The position numbers and the translations under genes were made by a program. This document shows, piece after piece, positions 21,147 through 29,159 of a stretch of 64,000 nucleotides of DNA (positions are counted from its first letter, which is position 1; each line of letters opens with the position of its first letter). Source of the DNA: an uncultured bacterium (lineage in GTDB: Bacteria > Desulfobacterota_D > UBA1144 > Nemesobacterales > UBA2774); the NCBI GenBank assembly GCA_963705505.1, contig CAVPJU010000010.1, positions 512,001 to 576,000 on the forward strand, read 5' to 3'. The notes below the pieces were generated by a model. That model made no database searches and was not told the origin of the DNA. It saw nothing but the letters and a program-made list of their open reading frames with translations.

Positions 21147-21218
21147 GTGTGTGACGATGACTACTTCGAATCGATTAAGCTTAAATTTAACGAACATCTT
21201 CAATATATTTGCAGTAAG

Positions 21219-21261
21219 AATCTATGTAAGGTGTCATAACATATGACACCTTACATAGATT
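21219..21261. repeat. Perfect 20-bp inverted repeat with 3-nt loop
   Basis: AATCTATGTAAGGTGTCATA-aca-TATGACACCTTACATAGATT. Confidence 0.9.
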
Positions 21262-21374
21262 TTAATTTTCTCAAGAATAAATAGATAGTACATACGGGTA
21301 GTTATCGTAATACGAATGTGGCCTAAAATATGCACACTAAATTATAGTGAATGAATAATCGAGAGGTGTATATC

Positions 21375-21851
21375 ATGGTACATATTTACAGATATGTTTA
21401 CGCATTGGTACTGATATTAGCGGTATCCGCGTTAGCGCACGCCCAGGAAAGTAGTGTACAACAGAAAGGAATAGAGATATTCGTCGAACATAGGTGTTAT
21501 ACCTGCCACCAGATAAAAGCCGATCAGGATGCTATTCTAAAAGCAAAAGAAGCCTTAGCAAAGTCAAAAGGAGTTGAATTCAAACCAGAAGAAGAAAAAG
21601 GAGAAAAAGGGATAGCGCCCGACCTTTCGGATGTCGGCAAAAGATGGGATGCGAAATCACTTGAACCCTTTCTAAAAGATCCAAGACCTTACTTCAAGGA
21701 CACACCTGAATGTCAGAGTAATGCAAAGAAATTTTATAGAAAAAGATTTAAAGGAACACAAGACGACTTCAATGCTCTTATAGCCTACCTTACGAGCCTA
21801 AAATATGATTCATACAATAAAGATTTTGTATCATGCTTGAAGGAGCATTAA
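21375..21851 (+). CDS. Monoheme class I cytochrome c, paralog 2
   Basis: AHA signal peptide; shares SVQQKGIEIFVEHRCYTCH with paralog 1; GAGAGG RBS before ATG 21375. Confidence 0.85.
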   Translation: MVHIYRYVYALVLILAVSALAHAQESSVQQKGIEIFVEHRCYTCHQIKADQDAILKAKEALAKSKGVEFKPEEEKGEKGIAPDLSDVGKRWDAKSLEPFLKDPRPYFKDTPECQSNAKKFYRKRFKGTQDDFNALIAYLTSLKYDSYNKDFVSCLKEH

Positions 21852-21986
21852 TAACATTCTGGAGCAAGATTAGAAGTTTATTTTTTTCACGGCAAAAAAT
21901 TTAATTTCTCAGCAAGAAAACGTTTATCAATTAATTTAAGAGTATGAAATCTACGGCTTATACTCCTTCTCTTCGCGGGGATTGTT

Positions 21987-22502
21987 ATGGAAAAAGAAGA
22001 CGTCACATTAGATTCTTCCGAATCCACAAATGACAATCTGAAAGGAAACTCAAAGCGCGAATTTCTTTCCCAAATATTCCTAATACTTGGTGCTGTATTA
22101 GCTTATGGTCTGTTTGCGCTCGAAGGTATGTTATTTATCGTCCCGAAAAGAAGAGAAACAGAAAAAATAAAGATATACGGAGGCCGGCTGAGCCAATACA
22201 AGTTGGGCAGTGTGAAGGCATTTTATGATCTCGAAGGCAATGAAATTTTGATAATGCGGGACGAATCGGGACTCAAGGCTTTTAGCACAGTCTGTCCACA
22301 CTTGGGATGCAGAGTGCATTGGGAAAGCGACAAGAATGAATTTTTCTGTCCCTGTCATAAAGGGGTTTTTAACACAAACGGAGTTGCAATTTCCGGCCCG
22401 CCGGCGAAAGCCGGTCAAAGCCTGAGAAAAGTGTCCATAAGCGTCGATGAAAATAGTCAAATAGTGTATATAGAGGTAAATAAACCAAGGATCAAAGCCT
22501 GA
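21987..22502 (+). CDS. Rieske [2Fe-2S] subunit of a Rieske/cytochrome b complex
   Basis: Tat-like KREFL plus TM helix; CPHLGC and CPCH boxes; GPP. Confidence 0.93.
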   Translation: MEKEDVTLDSSESTNDNLKGNSKREFLSQIFLILGAVLAYGLFALEGMLFIVPKRRETEKIKIYGGRLSQYKLGSVKAFYDLEGNEILIMRDESGLKAFSTVCPHLGCRVHWESDKNEFFCPCHKGVFNTNGVAISGPPAKAGQSLRKVSISVDENSQIVYIEVNKPRIKA

Positions 22503-22504
22503 TA

Positions 22505-23581
22505 ATGAAGGGTAAATCCATACTATCCATAAATGGTCTCGTTAAAAAGTTAGACGAGATGTTTCCCTTTGATTGGGAAATACTGAGACAGGCAGGCGCA
22601 GAGCCTGTACCGCACCATTTAAAGAAATGGTGGTTTTGCCTGGGCGGTACGGTTCTTTACCTATTTATAATTCAGGTTTTAACAGGCATCGCGCTTACTT
22701 TTTACTACATTCCATACCCTCAGGAAGCCTTTCAGAGCATTGCCAGAATCACACAGGAGATAAGATTCGGATGGTTCATCCGTTCTTTGCACAGGTGGGC
22801 TTCTAATTTTTTAATTGTTGCGTTGTTCTTCCATATGTTCCGCGTCTATTTTACCGGTGCTTACCGACACCCCAGACAACTCAACTGGTTAATAGGATTC
22901 ATGCTTTTATTCATCGTTCTAACATTCGGTTTTACAGGATACTCGCTTATTTTCGAGCAACAAAGTTTCTGGGGTGCTACGGTTGCGACTAATCTCACGG
23001 ATGCCGTGCCGTTTGTTGGACATACCATCGCGTACTTTTTACGCGGAGGATCGGTTATCGGCGATAACACCCTGACAAGGTTCTTCATGCTCCATATAGG
23101 AGTCCTTCCGACATTAGCTTTCATTCTAATCGGACTCCACATTCTTTTAATCCGCCTTCACGGCGTTACGGAATTATACTTCGAGGGCGAAATTGTGCCG
23201 GATGAGAAGCGTTTTTTCCGTTTTTTGCCCGACCACGTAATTAACGAACTCATGCTCGGCGTACTGCTTCTTTACCTGCTTACAATTCTGGCATTAACTT
23301 TTCCTGTCGGTCTCGGCACACCCGCGGACCCAACCGTCACCCCGGAGCACATAAAGCCGGAATGGTATTTCTACTTCAATTTCCGTCTTCTTAAACTAAC
23401 CTCTCTTAACGTCAGTGTTGTCTTCACATTGTTTCTCTGCTTAGCGATTTTTTTATGGCCATTTATCGAAGAATTTTTGCGAAAAAAAATTAAATTCCCC
23501 GATGTTCTGTCGGTTATGCTCGGTCTTGTTTTTGTTCTGATATTTTTGCTTTTTACAGTGTGGGAAAGCTTTGCACCATAG
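22505..23581 (+). CDS. Cytochrome b (unsplit, b6-like) of a Rieske/cytochrome b complex
   Basis: WWFCLGG, RSLHRW...FHMFRV and FMLH...LH heme b histidines, PEWY Qo motif. Confidence 0.93.
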   Translation: MKGKSILSINGLVKKLDEMFPFDWEILRQAGAEPVPHHLKKWWFCLGGTVLYLFIIQVLTGIALTFYYIPYPQEAFQSIARITQEIRFGWFIRSLHRWASNFLIVALFFHMFRVYFTGAYRHPRQLNWLIGFMLLFIVLTFGFTGYSLIFEQQSFWGATVATNLTDAVPFVGHTIAYFLRGGSVIGDNTLTRFFMLHIGVLPTLAFILIGLHILLIRLHGVTELYFEGEIVPDEKRFFRFLPDHVINELMLGVLLLYLLTILALTFPVGLGTPADPTVTPEHIKPEWYFYFNFRLLKLTSLNVSVVFTLFLCLAIFLWPFIEEFLRKKIKFPDVLSVMLGLVFVLIFLLFTVWESFAP

Positions 23582-23607
23582 CAAATATATACTTGTGAGA
23601 GGCTATA

Positions 23608-25206
23608 ATGTCACTTAATGCAAAAAGATGGATCGTAGCTGGACTGTCATTTTTTCTGTTAGCAGCTCTTCTAATAGTTTCATATAGGGAATCGCAGCGA
23701 AAGCTCGTAGAAGAGAGGCAGGTTGCCATCGTAACAGCTGATAGCAGAGCATGCGTAGATTGTCATAAGACCGATCACCCCGCATTAGTGAAGGAATGGG
23801 AGTACTCCAAGCACGCTAGAGTCGGAATAGGTTGCGTCGAGTGTCATGCCGCTAATAGAAATGATACCGATGCCTGGAAACATGAAGGAGTATACATATC
23901 AGCCCTGGTTACCCCCCTTCGTTGTGCAAAATGCCACGAAAAGGAATATAAGGAGTTCGCTAACTCTCCCCATGCGAGAGCGGCAGAACTTATTTTTAAC
24001 CCGGATAACGCGCTAGCGGGAAAAACAGTTAAAGTTGCCGGACAAGGTAATGTTTCAAATATCGCAAGAAGTTGTCAGGAATGTCACGGAAGTATTATCA
24101 AGTTTCTAAGAGACGAAAAAGGCCAAATAGTCCGTACCGGCTCTCAGAAAAAGCCTTTTATAGATCCTGATACATGGCCTAACAGCGGCATTGGCAGGTT
24201 TAATCCCGACGGCTCCAAAGGCTCGTGTCATGCATGTCACTCACGCCATGCGTTCCAGGCTGAGCTCTCCCGCTCACCCCAGACCTGTGGTAAATGTCAT
24301 ATGGGACCGGATTATACAGAGATTGAGACCTATAATGAATCGAAACACGGCATTCTATTTTACCCAAACCGTGAAAGGATGGACCTTGACAAGAGAGGCG
24401 AATGGGTATTGGGACGGGATTATTCGGCCGCTCCTACCTGTGCAACCTGCCATATTAGTTCTTACATGTCGGCTCAAGGATTTGTTCAGAGTGGTTCTCA
24501 TAATGTAGGCGAACGAATAAGCTGGAACCTTTTACCTGTAATAAGTACGAAAGTAAATCTTGTTGTTTATGAAGACGGTTATAGTGAGGACTATCCCGAA
24601 ACAAAGGAAACACCGAATATAGGCGATGAAATCATTACAACCGAGACAGTGGTTGAGAATGAAAAGGTTGTAAACAAACAAGTGAGAAGAAAAGTTTCAG
24701 ATGTTATAAGTTCGGATGATAGAAGAGAAAAGATGATAGGGGTTTGTCTGAACTGCCACAACGACACGTATATAGATAATTTTTACAATCAGTACGATAA
24801 GTTTGTCGAGTATTATAACAATATATTCGCTGAACCGGCACAGAATCTCATGGACAGTTTACAAGCCGACGGCTTAATAAACCCGGGAGCTCCACTTGAA
24901 AGCCAGGTACAATGGGCGTTCTGGGACTTATTGCATCGTGGGGGAAGACAAGCAAGGATTGGCGCAAGCATGATGGGGCCGAGTATAACACGACAGGGTA
25001 TGTATCAAGTTTCAGAAACCTTTTATTCGAAATTCCTCCCTGCAGTAATAAACGCAGCAGCACAGAAAGGTCCTGATATGGAGAAAAAATATCGCATGAT
25101 GGTGGATAAAGAGCTTTCGCGTCAAGATCGTACGTGGATTGAGGAACCACTGCTGAATAAAACAAAATCGCCCAAAAAAACTGATAAACAAGGCTATGAG
25201 AAATAG
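23608..25206 (+). CDS. Membrane-anchored octaheme cytochrome c, hydroxylamine oxidoreductase (HAO) fold family
   Basis: 8 CxxCH; CHSRHAF, CGKCHMGPD..E.Y.ESKHG, APTCATCH, HNVGERISW, GASMMGP family motifs; N-terminal TM helix. Confidence 0.88.
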   Translation: MSLNAKRWIVAGLSFFLLAALLIVSYRESQRKLVEERQVAIVTADSRACVDCHKTDHPALVKEWEYSKHARVGIGCVECHAANRNDTDAWKHEGVYISALVTPLRCAKCHEKEYKEFANSPHARAAELIFNPDNALAGKTVKVAGQGNVSNIARSCQECHGSIIKFLRDEKGQIVRTGSQKKPFIDPDTWPNSGIGRFNPDGSKGSCHACHSRHAFQAELSRSPQTCGKCHMGPDYTEIETYNESKHGILFYPNRERMDLDKRGEWVLGRDYSAAPTCATCHISSYMSAQGFVQSGSHNVGERISWNLLPVISTKVNLVVYEDGYSEDYPETKETPNIGDEIITTETVVENEKVVNKQVRRKVSDVISSDDRREKMIGVCLNCHNDTYIDNFYNQYDKFVEYYNNIFAEPAQNLMDSLQADGLINPGAPLESQVQWAFWDLLHRGGRQARIGASMMGPSITRQGMYQVSETFYSKFLPAVINAAAQKGPDMEKKYRMMVDKELSRQDRTWIEEPLLNKTKSPKKTDKQGYEK

Positions 25207-25390
25207 AGCGCTCTCGGCGTGGCATGGTATTATTATAACTCTATTTCTGGTGATGCCCGGAATAATTATTCCGGATTTATAAACAGGGATTCAAAATATT
25301 ATGAGGGTAAAAAACAATAAGAATTATGGACATTTATAACACACACTTCCGTATTTAAAAATAAACGTCTAAAGGAGAAGAAATCCAGTC

Positions 25391-26107
25391 ATGTTCAAAG
25401 AGATAACAGATCTATTTGGAGTTACTGCGTCCAATGCCACAGGTTTAGTAAAAGGACTTAATGGGGGGATTGTTTCAGAAGATCCGGGAATGAGGCTTAT
25501 ATCATTCGTGGCTCTCGGTCTATGCCTCTTAACAATAGTTCTTGTCGTGTACAAACTTATATTCTTGCGAAGGGATTCTTCAATAGGTGTAACAACCAGA
25601 TGGATTTTTTTGATCACGTTTATAATCCTTTCCCCGCTGACTTATTTCATTAGTTTCGGCATTGGAATTGAAAAATCAAAGCCCGTTGAATTCTGTAACA
25701 ACTGCCATATAATGAACAGTCACGTGGAAGACATGAAGGACCCCGATAGCGAAAGCATTGCTTCCCTTCATTATAATAATCGCTGGATTTCCGACGACCA
25801 ATGTTACACCTGTCATTCGGATTACGGGCTTTATGGAGCAGTCGGAGCAAAATTTGACGGCATCAGGCACATAATGGATTACTACGTTATGGGTTATCCG
25901 AAGAAACTAAAGATACGGGGCACCTATAACAACGAGAGATGTCTTTTCTGCCATGCCCCTGTCGCATCTTATCAAGAAGTTAAAGAACATCAAGATTATG
26001 CGGCGGAAATCAAATCGAGTAAACAGTCTTGTTTCGGTTTAGACTGTCACGTTTCTCCCCACCCTGATGAAACAAAGGAAATAGAGGAAACCTGGAGGAC
26101 GAAATGA
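25391..26107 (+). CDS. NapC/NirT/NrfH-family membrane tetraheme cytochrome c (quinol dehydrogenase)
   Basis: Two N-terminal TM segments; FCNNCHIM (CxxCHxM), CYTCH, AKFDGIRH, CLFCH and atypical CFGLDCH. Confidence 0.82.
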   Translation: MFKEITDLFGVTASNATGLVKGLNGGIVSEDPGMRLISFVALGLCLLTIVLVVYKLIFLRRDSSIGVTTRWIFLITFIILSPLTYFISFGIGIEKSKPVEFCNNCHIMNSHVEDMKDPDSESIASLHYNNRWISDDQCYTCHSDYGLYGAVGAKFDGIRHIMDYYVMGYPKKLKIRGTYNNERCLFCHAPVASYQEVKEHQDYAAEIKSSKQSCFGLDCHVSPHPDETKEIEETWRTK

Positions 26108-26316
26108 ATTCAAAAACAAATTATTTTAATGTATTTGTAATAATTGCCGGCACGCTAAACATCTTGGGAATGATTTTAATCATTATTCCTGTAGTTGAAC
26201 TTACCCCGCTTACACTGATTATCTCTGCAGTTTTTGGGGGAGGTTTAGTGATACTTTCAATTGCTATATACGCCGCAGTTGTAACAAGGGATCTTATAAG
26301 ACGTGGCATCCTCTAG
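26104..26316 (+). CDS. Small two-TM membrane protein
   Basis: ATGA overlap with the NapC-like gene, GGAGG RBS, two hydrophobic helices. Confidence 0.65.
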   Translation: MNSKTNYFNVFVIIAGTLNILGMILIIIPVVELTPLTLIISAVFGGGLVILSIAIYAAVVTRDLIRRGIL

Positions 26317-26372
26317 CAGAGGATCTCCGCTCATATACGGGTTCTGCACTAATCCTCCGCTCCTTATGAATT

Positions 26373-26410
26373 TCCTCCCCCTTCAAGGGGGAGGACTAAG
26401 GTGGGGGTGA
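26373..26410. repeat. REP-like palindrome
   Basis: TCCTCCCCCTT-c-AAGGGGGAGGA followed by GGTGGGGGTGA, between convergent genes. Confidence 0.6.
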
Positions 26411-26546
26411 TGAATCCCCCTTCATCCTCACACGCTTGGCGTGTTTTTACGATTTCTGCGGGGCTTCGTGAATTTCAGAGGGCGCAATACAGACCATAAC
26501 CGCTGAGGGTCTCTGATTGAAGATACCGGACCTCTCTCAAGTCATA

Positions 26547-26969
26547 TCATTCGATATTTTTATAGAGGAACCTGACGAGGTCGGTAGTGGTTACTATCCC
26601 TGTGAGGTCGCCTTTTGCGTTAACGATCATGATGGAATGAAGGGAGCTGTCCGAGAGAATCTTCGCAGCGTCCTTGAGTGAAGAGTCCTCATCGAATATG
26701 ACGAGCTTGCCGGTCATGACGTCCTTGATGTTATAGGTGTGGTCGAGGAGCGTGTCGAGCATCCTCGTGTCGGTGGAATCGAAATCGAATATCAGCTTGA
26801 ATATGTCCTGCGTCGAGATAATCCCCACCGGCTTCTTACCCTTGAGCACAGGGACGTGGTGTATTGTGTTCTCCCTGAATATCCTCGCCACGGCACTCAG
26901 GTTCTGGTTATCGTGCACGGAAATGACATCCGCGCTCATTATCTCCTTTACCTTAACGTTCTCAATCAT
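26547..26969 (-). CDS. CBS-domain pair protein
   Basis: KVKEIMS, IHHVPV, VGIISTQD, IKDVMT, GIVTTTD. Confidence 0.9.
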   Translation of the reverse strand: MIENVKVKEIMSADVISVHDNQNLSAVARIFRENTIHHVPVLKGKKPVGIISTQDIFKLIFDFDSTDTRMLDTLLDHTYNIKDVMTGKLVIFDEDSSLKDAAKILSDSSLHSIMIVNAKGDLTGIVTTTDLVRFLYKNIE

Positions 26970-27169
26970 AATCCGTCCCTCGCATCTTATTTTTTGCTAT
27001 GGATTATACACACTCGACGACACCGGTAAACAAGCGCCGGGGCGAAAAACCCCTTATCACTAAAATTATACTGCCCGCTCCGTTGAGATGAAAGATAAGT
27101 ATATTATCTTTCCCTGATGAGGTCGCTTCGGGCACGACATATGTGTGATCTCAGCTCCGAAGAATAACA

Positions 27170-27346
27170 ATGAGCAGAATCGTAATCAGCGGCTCAGGCA
27201 TCTACACACCCACGGATTCCATTTCCAATGACGAGCTTGTCGCTTCTTTCAACTCCTATGTCGAACAATATAACGGCAGCCGCGAAAAAGAAATCATGCG
27301 TGGAGAGATAGAGCCGCTTAAAAAATCGAGCGCCGGATACAGCTGA
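27170..27346 (+). pseudogene. N-terminal remnant of a beta-ketoacyl-ACP synthase III (PA3286-like FabH)
   Basis: Hand translation MSRIVISGSGIYTPTDSISNDELVASFNSYVEQYN...GEIEPLKKSSA then TGA after 58 aa; resembles the N-terminus of long FabH-type KAS III. Confidence 0.65.
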
Positions 27347-27405
27347 AGCGGGTCTTATCAAACAATAGCGCGCCGGAATTATCATACGTATACGAAGCGG
27401 GAAGA

Positions 27406-27849
27406 TCACATGAGCATCTCAGCCCTGTATCCGAAATATACCCCGTTATCTATGAACCTTAAGGTTTCGGGAACAACTTTGAAGAAGGCGTAATACCCGG
27501 CCCCCCGAGGCAGTTTGTCGCTCCCCATAAGCTCGGTCAGGAAGGGATACTTTTTCTCGAAAACATTTCTCGCCAGCTCCGCTTCCTCTTCGCGCACCTC
27601 ATAAGCTCTCCCCATTATCTGCAGCCCCCGGACAGTCCTCCAGTCGGCATGATCCGTGCTTATAGTGACGGCGACTTTGGGGTTGATCGATATATTGAGC
27701 GAGTGCTCAGAATCCGGGTTTGAAAGGAAATACAAGGTAAGTCCGTCACTCGCATAAAACAGGGACGCCGCATAAGGGTAGTTATCTCTCGATGTTGCGA
27801 GGCTCATCGTATTATGTCCGTGTAGAAACTCGGTGACTATATCTTCCAT
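27406..27849 (-). CDS. Pyridoxamine 5'-phosphate oxidase-like flavin-binding split-barrel protein
   Basis: MSLAT, PYAASLFY, SEHSLNI..NPKVAVTI, RGLQIMG; start 27849 preferred over 27939. Confidence 0.82.
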   Translation of the reverse strand: MEDIVTEFLHGHNTMSLATSRDNYPYAASLFYASDGLTLYFLSNPDSEHSLNISINPKVAVTISTDHADWRTVRGLQIMGRAYEVREEEAELARNVFEKKYPFLTELMGSDKLPRGAGYYAFFKVVPETLRFIDNGVYFGYRAEMLM

Positions 27850-27939
27850 TTCATAAACCGTTTGCTTAAAAGAATTCTGAGCCCGTGCCCGGAAAGACCG
27901 GGACGGTTTTCTCGGTGAAGCGGCGGCCCGGATTGTCAC

Positions 27940-28245
27940 TCACCACCTCATAACTGTTTTCCACTCGCCTGCGGTGTGCTCCCCCGTCATCTCTATCCAT
28001 TCCATGTGAATAGCATCATCGGGACAGGACTCGACGCAGTGTCCCTCGCTGCCGCACGTATCGGCGCGGACAAGAAGCGCAAAATCGTTATTCACGATCT
28101 TGAGGGATTTCGGAGTGCATGCTTCGACACACTTCCCGCAGCCCGTGCACTTTTCAAGGTCTATGTCAGGAAGCCATTTGTAGCTGCCTTCTCTCATGCC
28201 TTTATATACTTCCATTTTTTCCTCCGTATATCGTATTAATCCCAT
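27940..28245 (-). CDS. 4Fe-4S dicluster-type ferredoxin
   Basis: CTGCGKCVEACT and CGSEGHCVESCP (second motif has Glu in place of one Cys); start uncertain. Confidence 0.82.
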   Translation of the reverse strand: MGLIRYTEEKMEVYKGMREGSYKWLPDIDLEKCTGCGKCVEACTPKSLKIVNNDFALLVRADTCGSEGHCVESCPDDAIHMEWIEMTGEHTAGEWKTVMRW

Positions 28246-28368
28246 CCCCACTTTCCGCCAGCACGGATTCAATTCCCATATCAGAGCCGCTCGTTCGGCA
28301 TTCCGGTTGCGCCTCTTTAAATTATCAGTTCCTGGTGGCAATTACGTCAAGGACAGAAGTCGCACTGA

Positions 28369-28390
28369 GATTGAGACAAATGTCTCAATC
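28369..28390. promoter_or_regulatory. Palindromic operator candidate upstream of the ferredoxin gene
   Basis: GATTGAGACA-aa-TGTCTCAATC, a perfect 22-bp dyad, directly after the Crp/Fnr gene. Confidence 0.55.
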
Positions 28391-28445
28391 ACCGCGGCAT
28401 GTTCTTTTGATAACTCCTGTAAGCGGGGGTCGGGAGAAAAAATTT

Positions 28446-29159
28446 TCAGGCGAGGAGATTTTGAAGCGCGGATTTGTCCCTAATAACGGTAGTACGACGG
28501 CCGCAATCAATCAACTCCATTTTTTTGAACAGCTGAAGAGCCCTGCTGAGCGTTCTTCTCGACATGCCGGCCATATCCGCCATCTCCTCCTGACTCAGGC
28601 TGAGCTTTATAACGATCCCTTCCGGGGAGGGTTCGCCGAACTCATCGCAAAGCCTCAGGAGGAGCGAAGCGAGGCGCTCCTCGGACGTCGCTAGGGCTAT
28701 GTTCCTGAAACCTTCGTATGCTTTTGAGAGCTCTTCTCCGAGAGTCTCCGCCAGCCTCAGACATACGGGCCCGTTCTTTTTAAGCAGGCCCAGGAAATCC
28801 TCTTTATCTATAAAGCTCAATTGAGATTCCTCGACGGTCCTCGCGGTAAAATCATGGGGCTTTCCCGACAACGCCGCTCTCGCTCCGATCACGTTGCCGG
28901 CCGATGCGTAACCCAATACTGCACTTCTGCCGTCCTGGGAATGAATGTAAAGTTTGACGCGCCCGGAGCACACACAATAAACGCCGCGCGGTTTTTCTCC
29001 CTTCAGGAATAAGACGAAGCCCTCGGGATAAACGAGTCTCTGGAGCAAGCCTTCGAGCTCCAGAACGCCCGAATTATCGAGACCCGAAAAGATGCCGCCT
29101 GCCCTCAAGCTGCACGTATGACAGGTGTTATATTTCTGACGGGTTGGCGTTTTCCTCAT
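28446..29159 (-). CDS. Crp/Fnr-family transcriptional regulator
   Basis: N-terminal CHTC, cNMP-binding barrel (SGRVKL), ERLASLLL, LSQEEMADMAGMSRRTLSRAL HTH. Confidence 0.92.
   Translation of the reverse strand: MRKTPTRQKYNTCHTCSLRAGGIFSGLDNSGVLELEGLLQRLVYPEGFVLFLKGEKPRGVYCVCSGRVKLYIHSQDGRSAVLGYASAGNVIGARAALSGKPHDFTARTVEESQLSFIDKEDFLGLLKKNGPVCLRLAETLGEELSKAYEGFRNIALATSEERLASLLLRLCDEFGEPSPEGIVIKLSLSQEEMADMAGMSRRTLSRALQLFKKMELIDCGRRTTVIRDKSALQNLLA

Noticed and set aside
21232..21248. CooA-type box TGTCA-N6-TGACA
   Set aside because: The spacer is 7 nt and the match is just part of a longer perfect hairpin
23608..25206. Evidence for ammonia oxidation or anammox from the HAO-like gene
   Set aside because: Catalytic His and cross-link Tyr appear absent, and no amo, cycA or hzs genes are in the window
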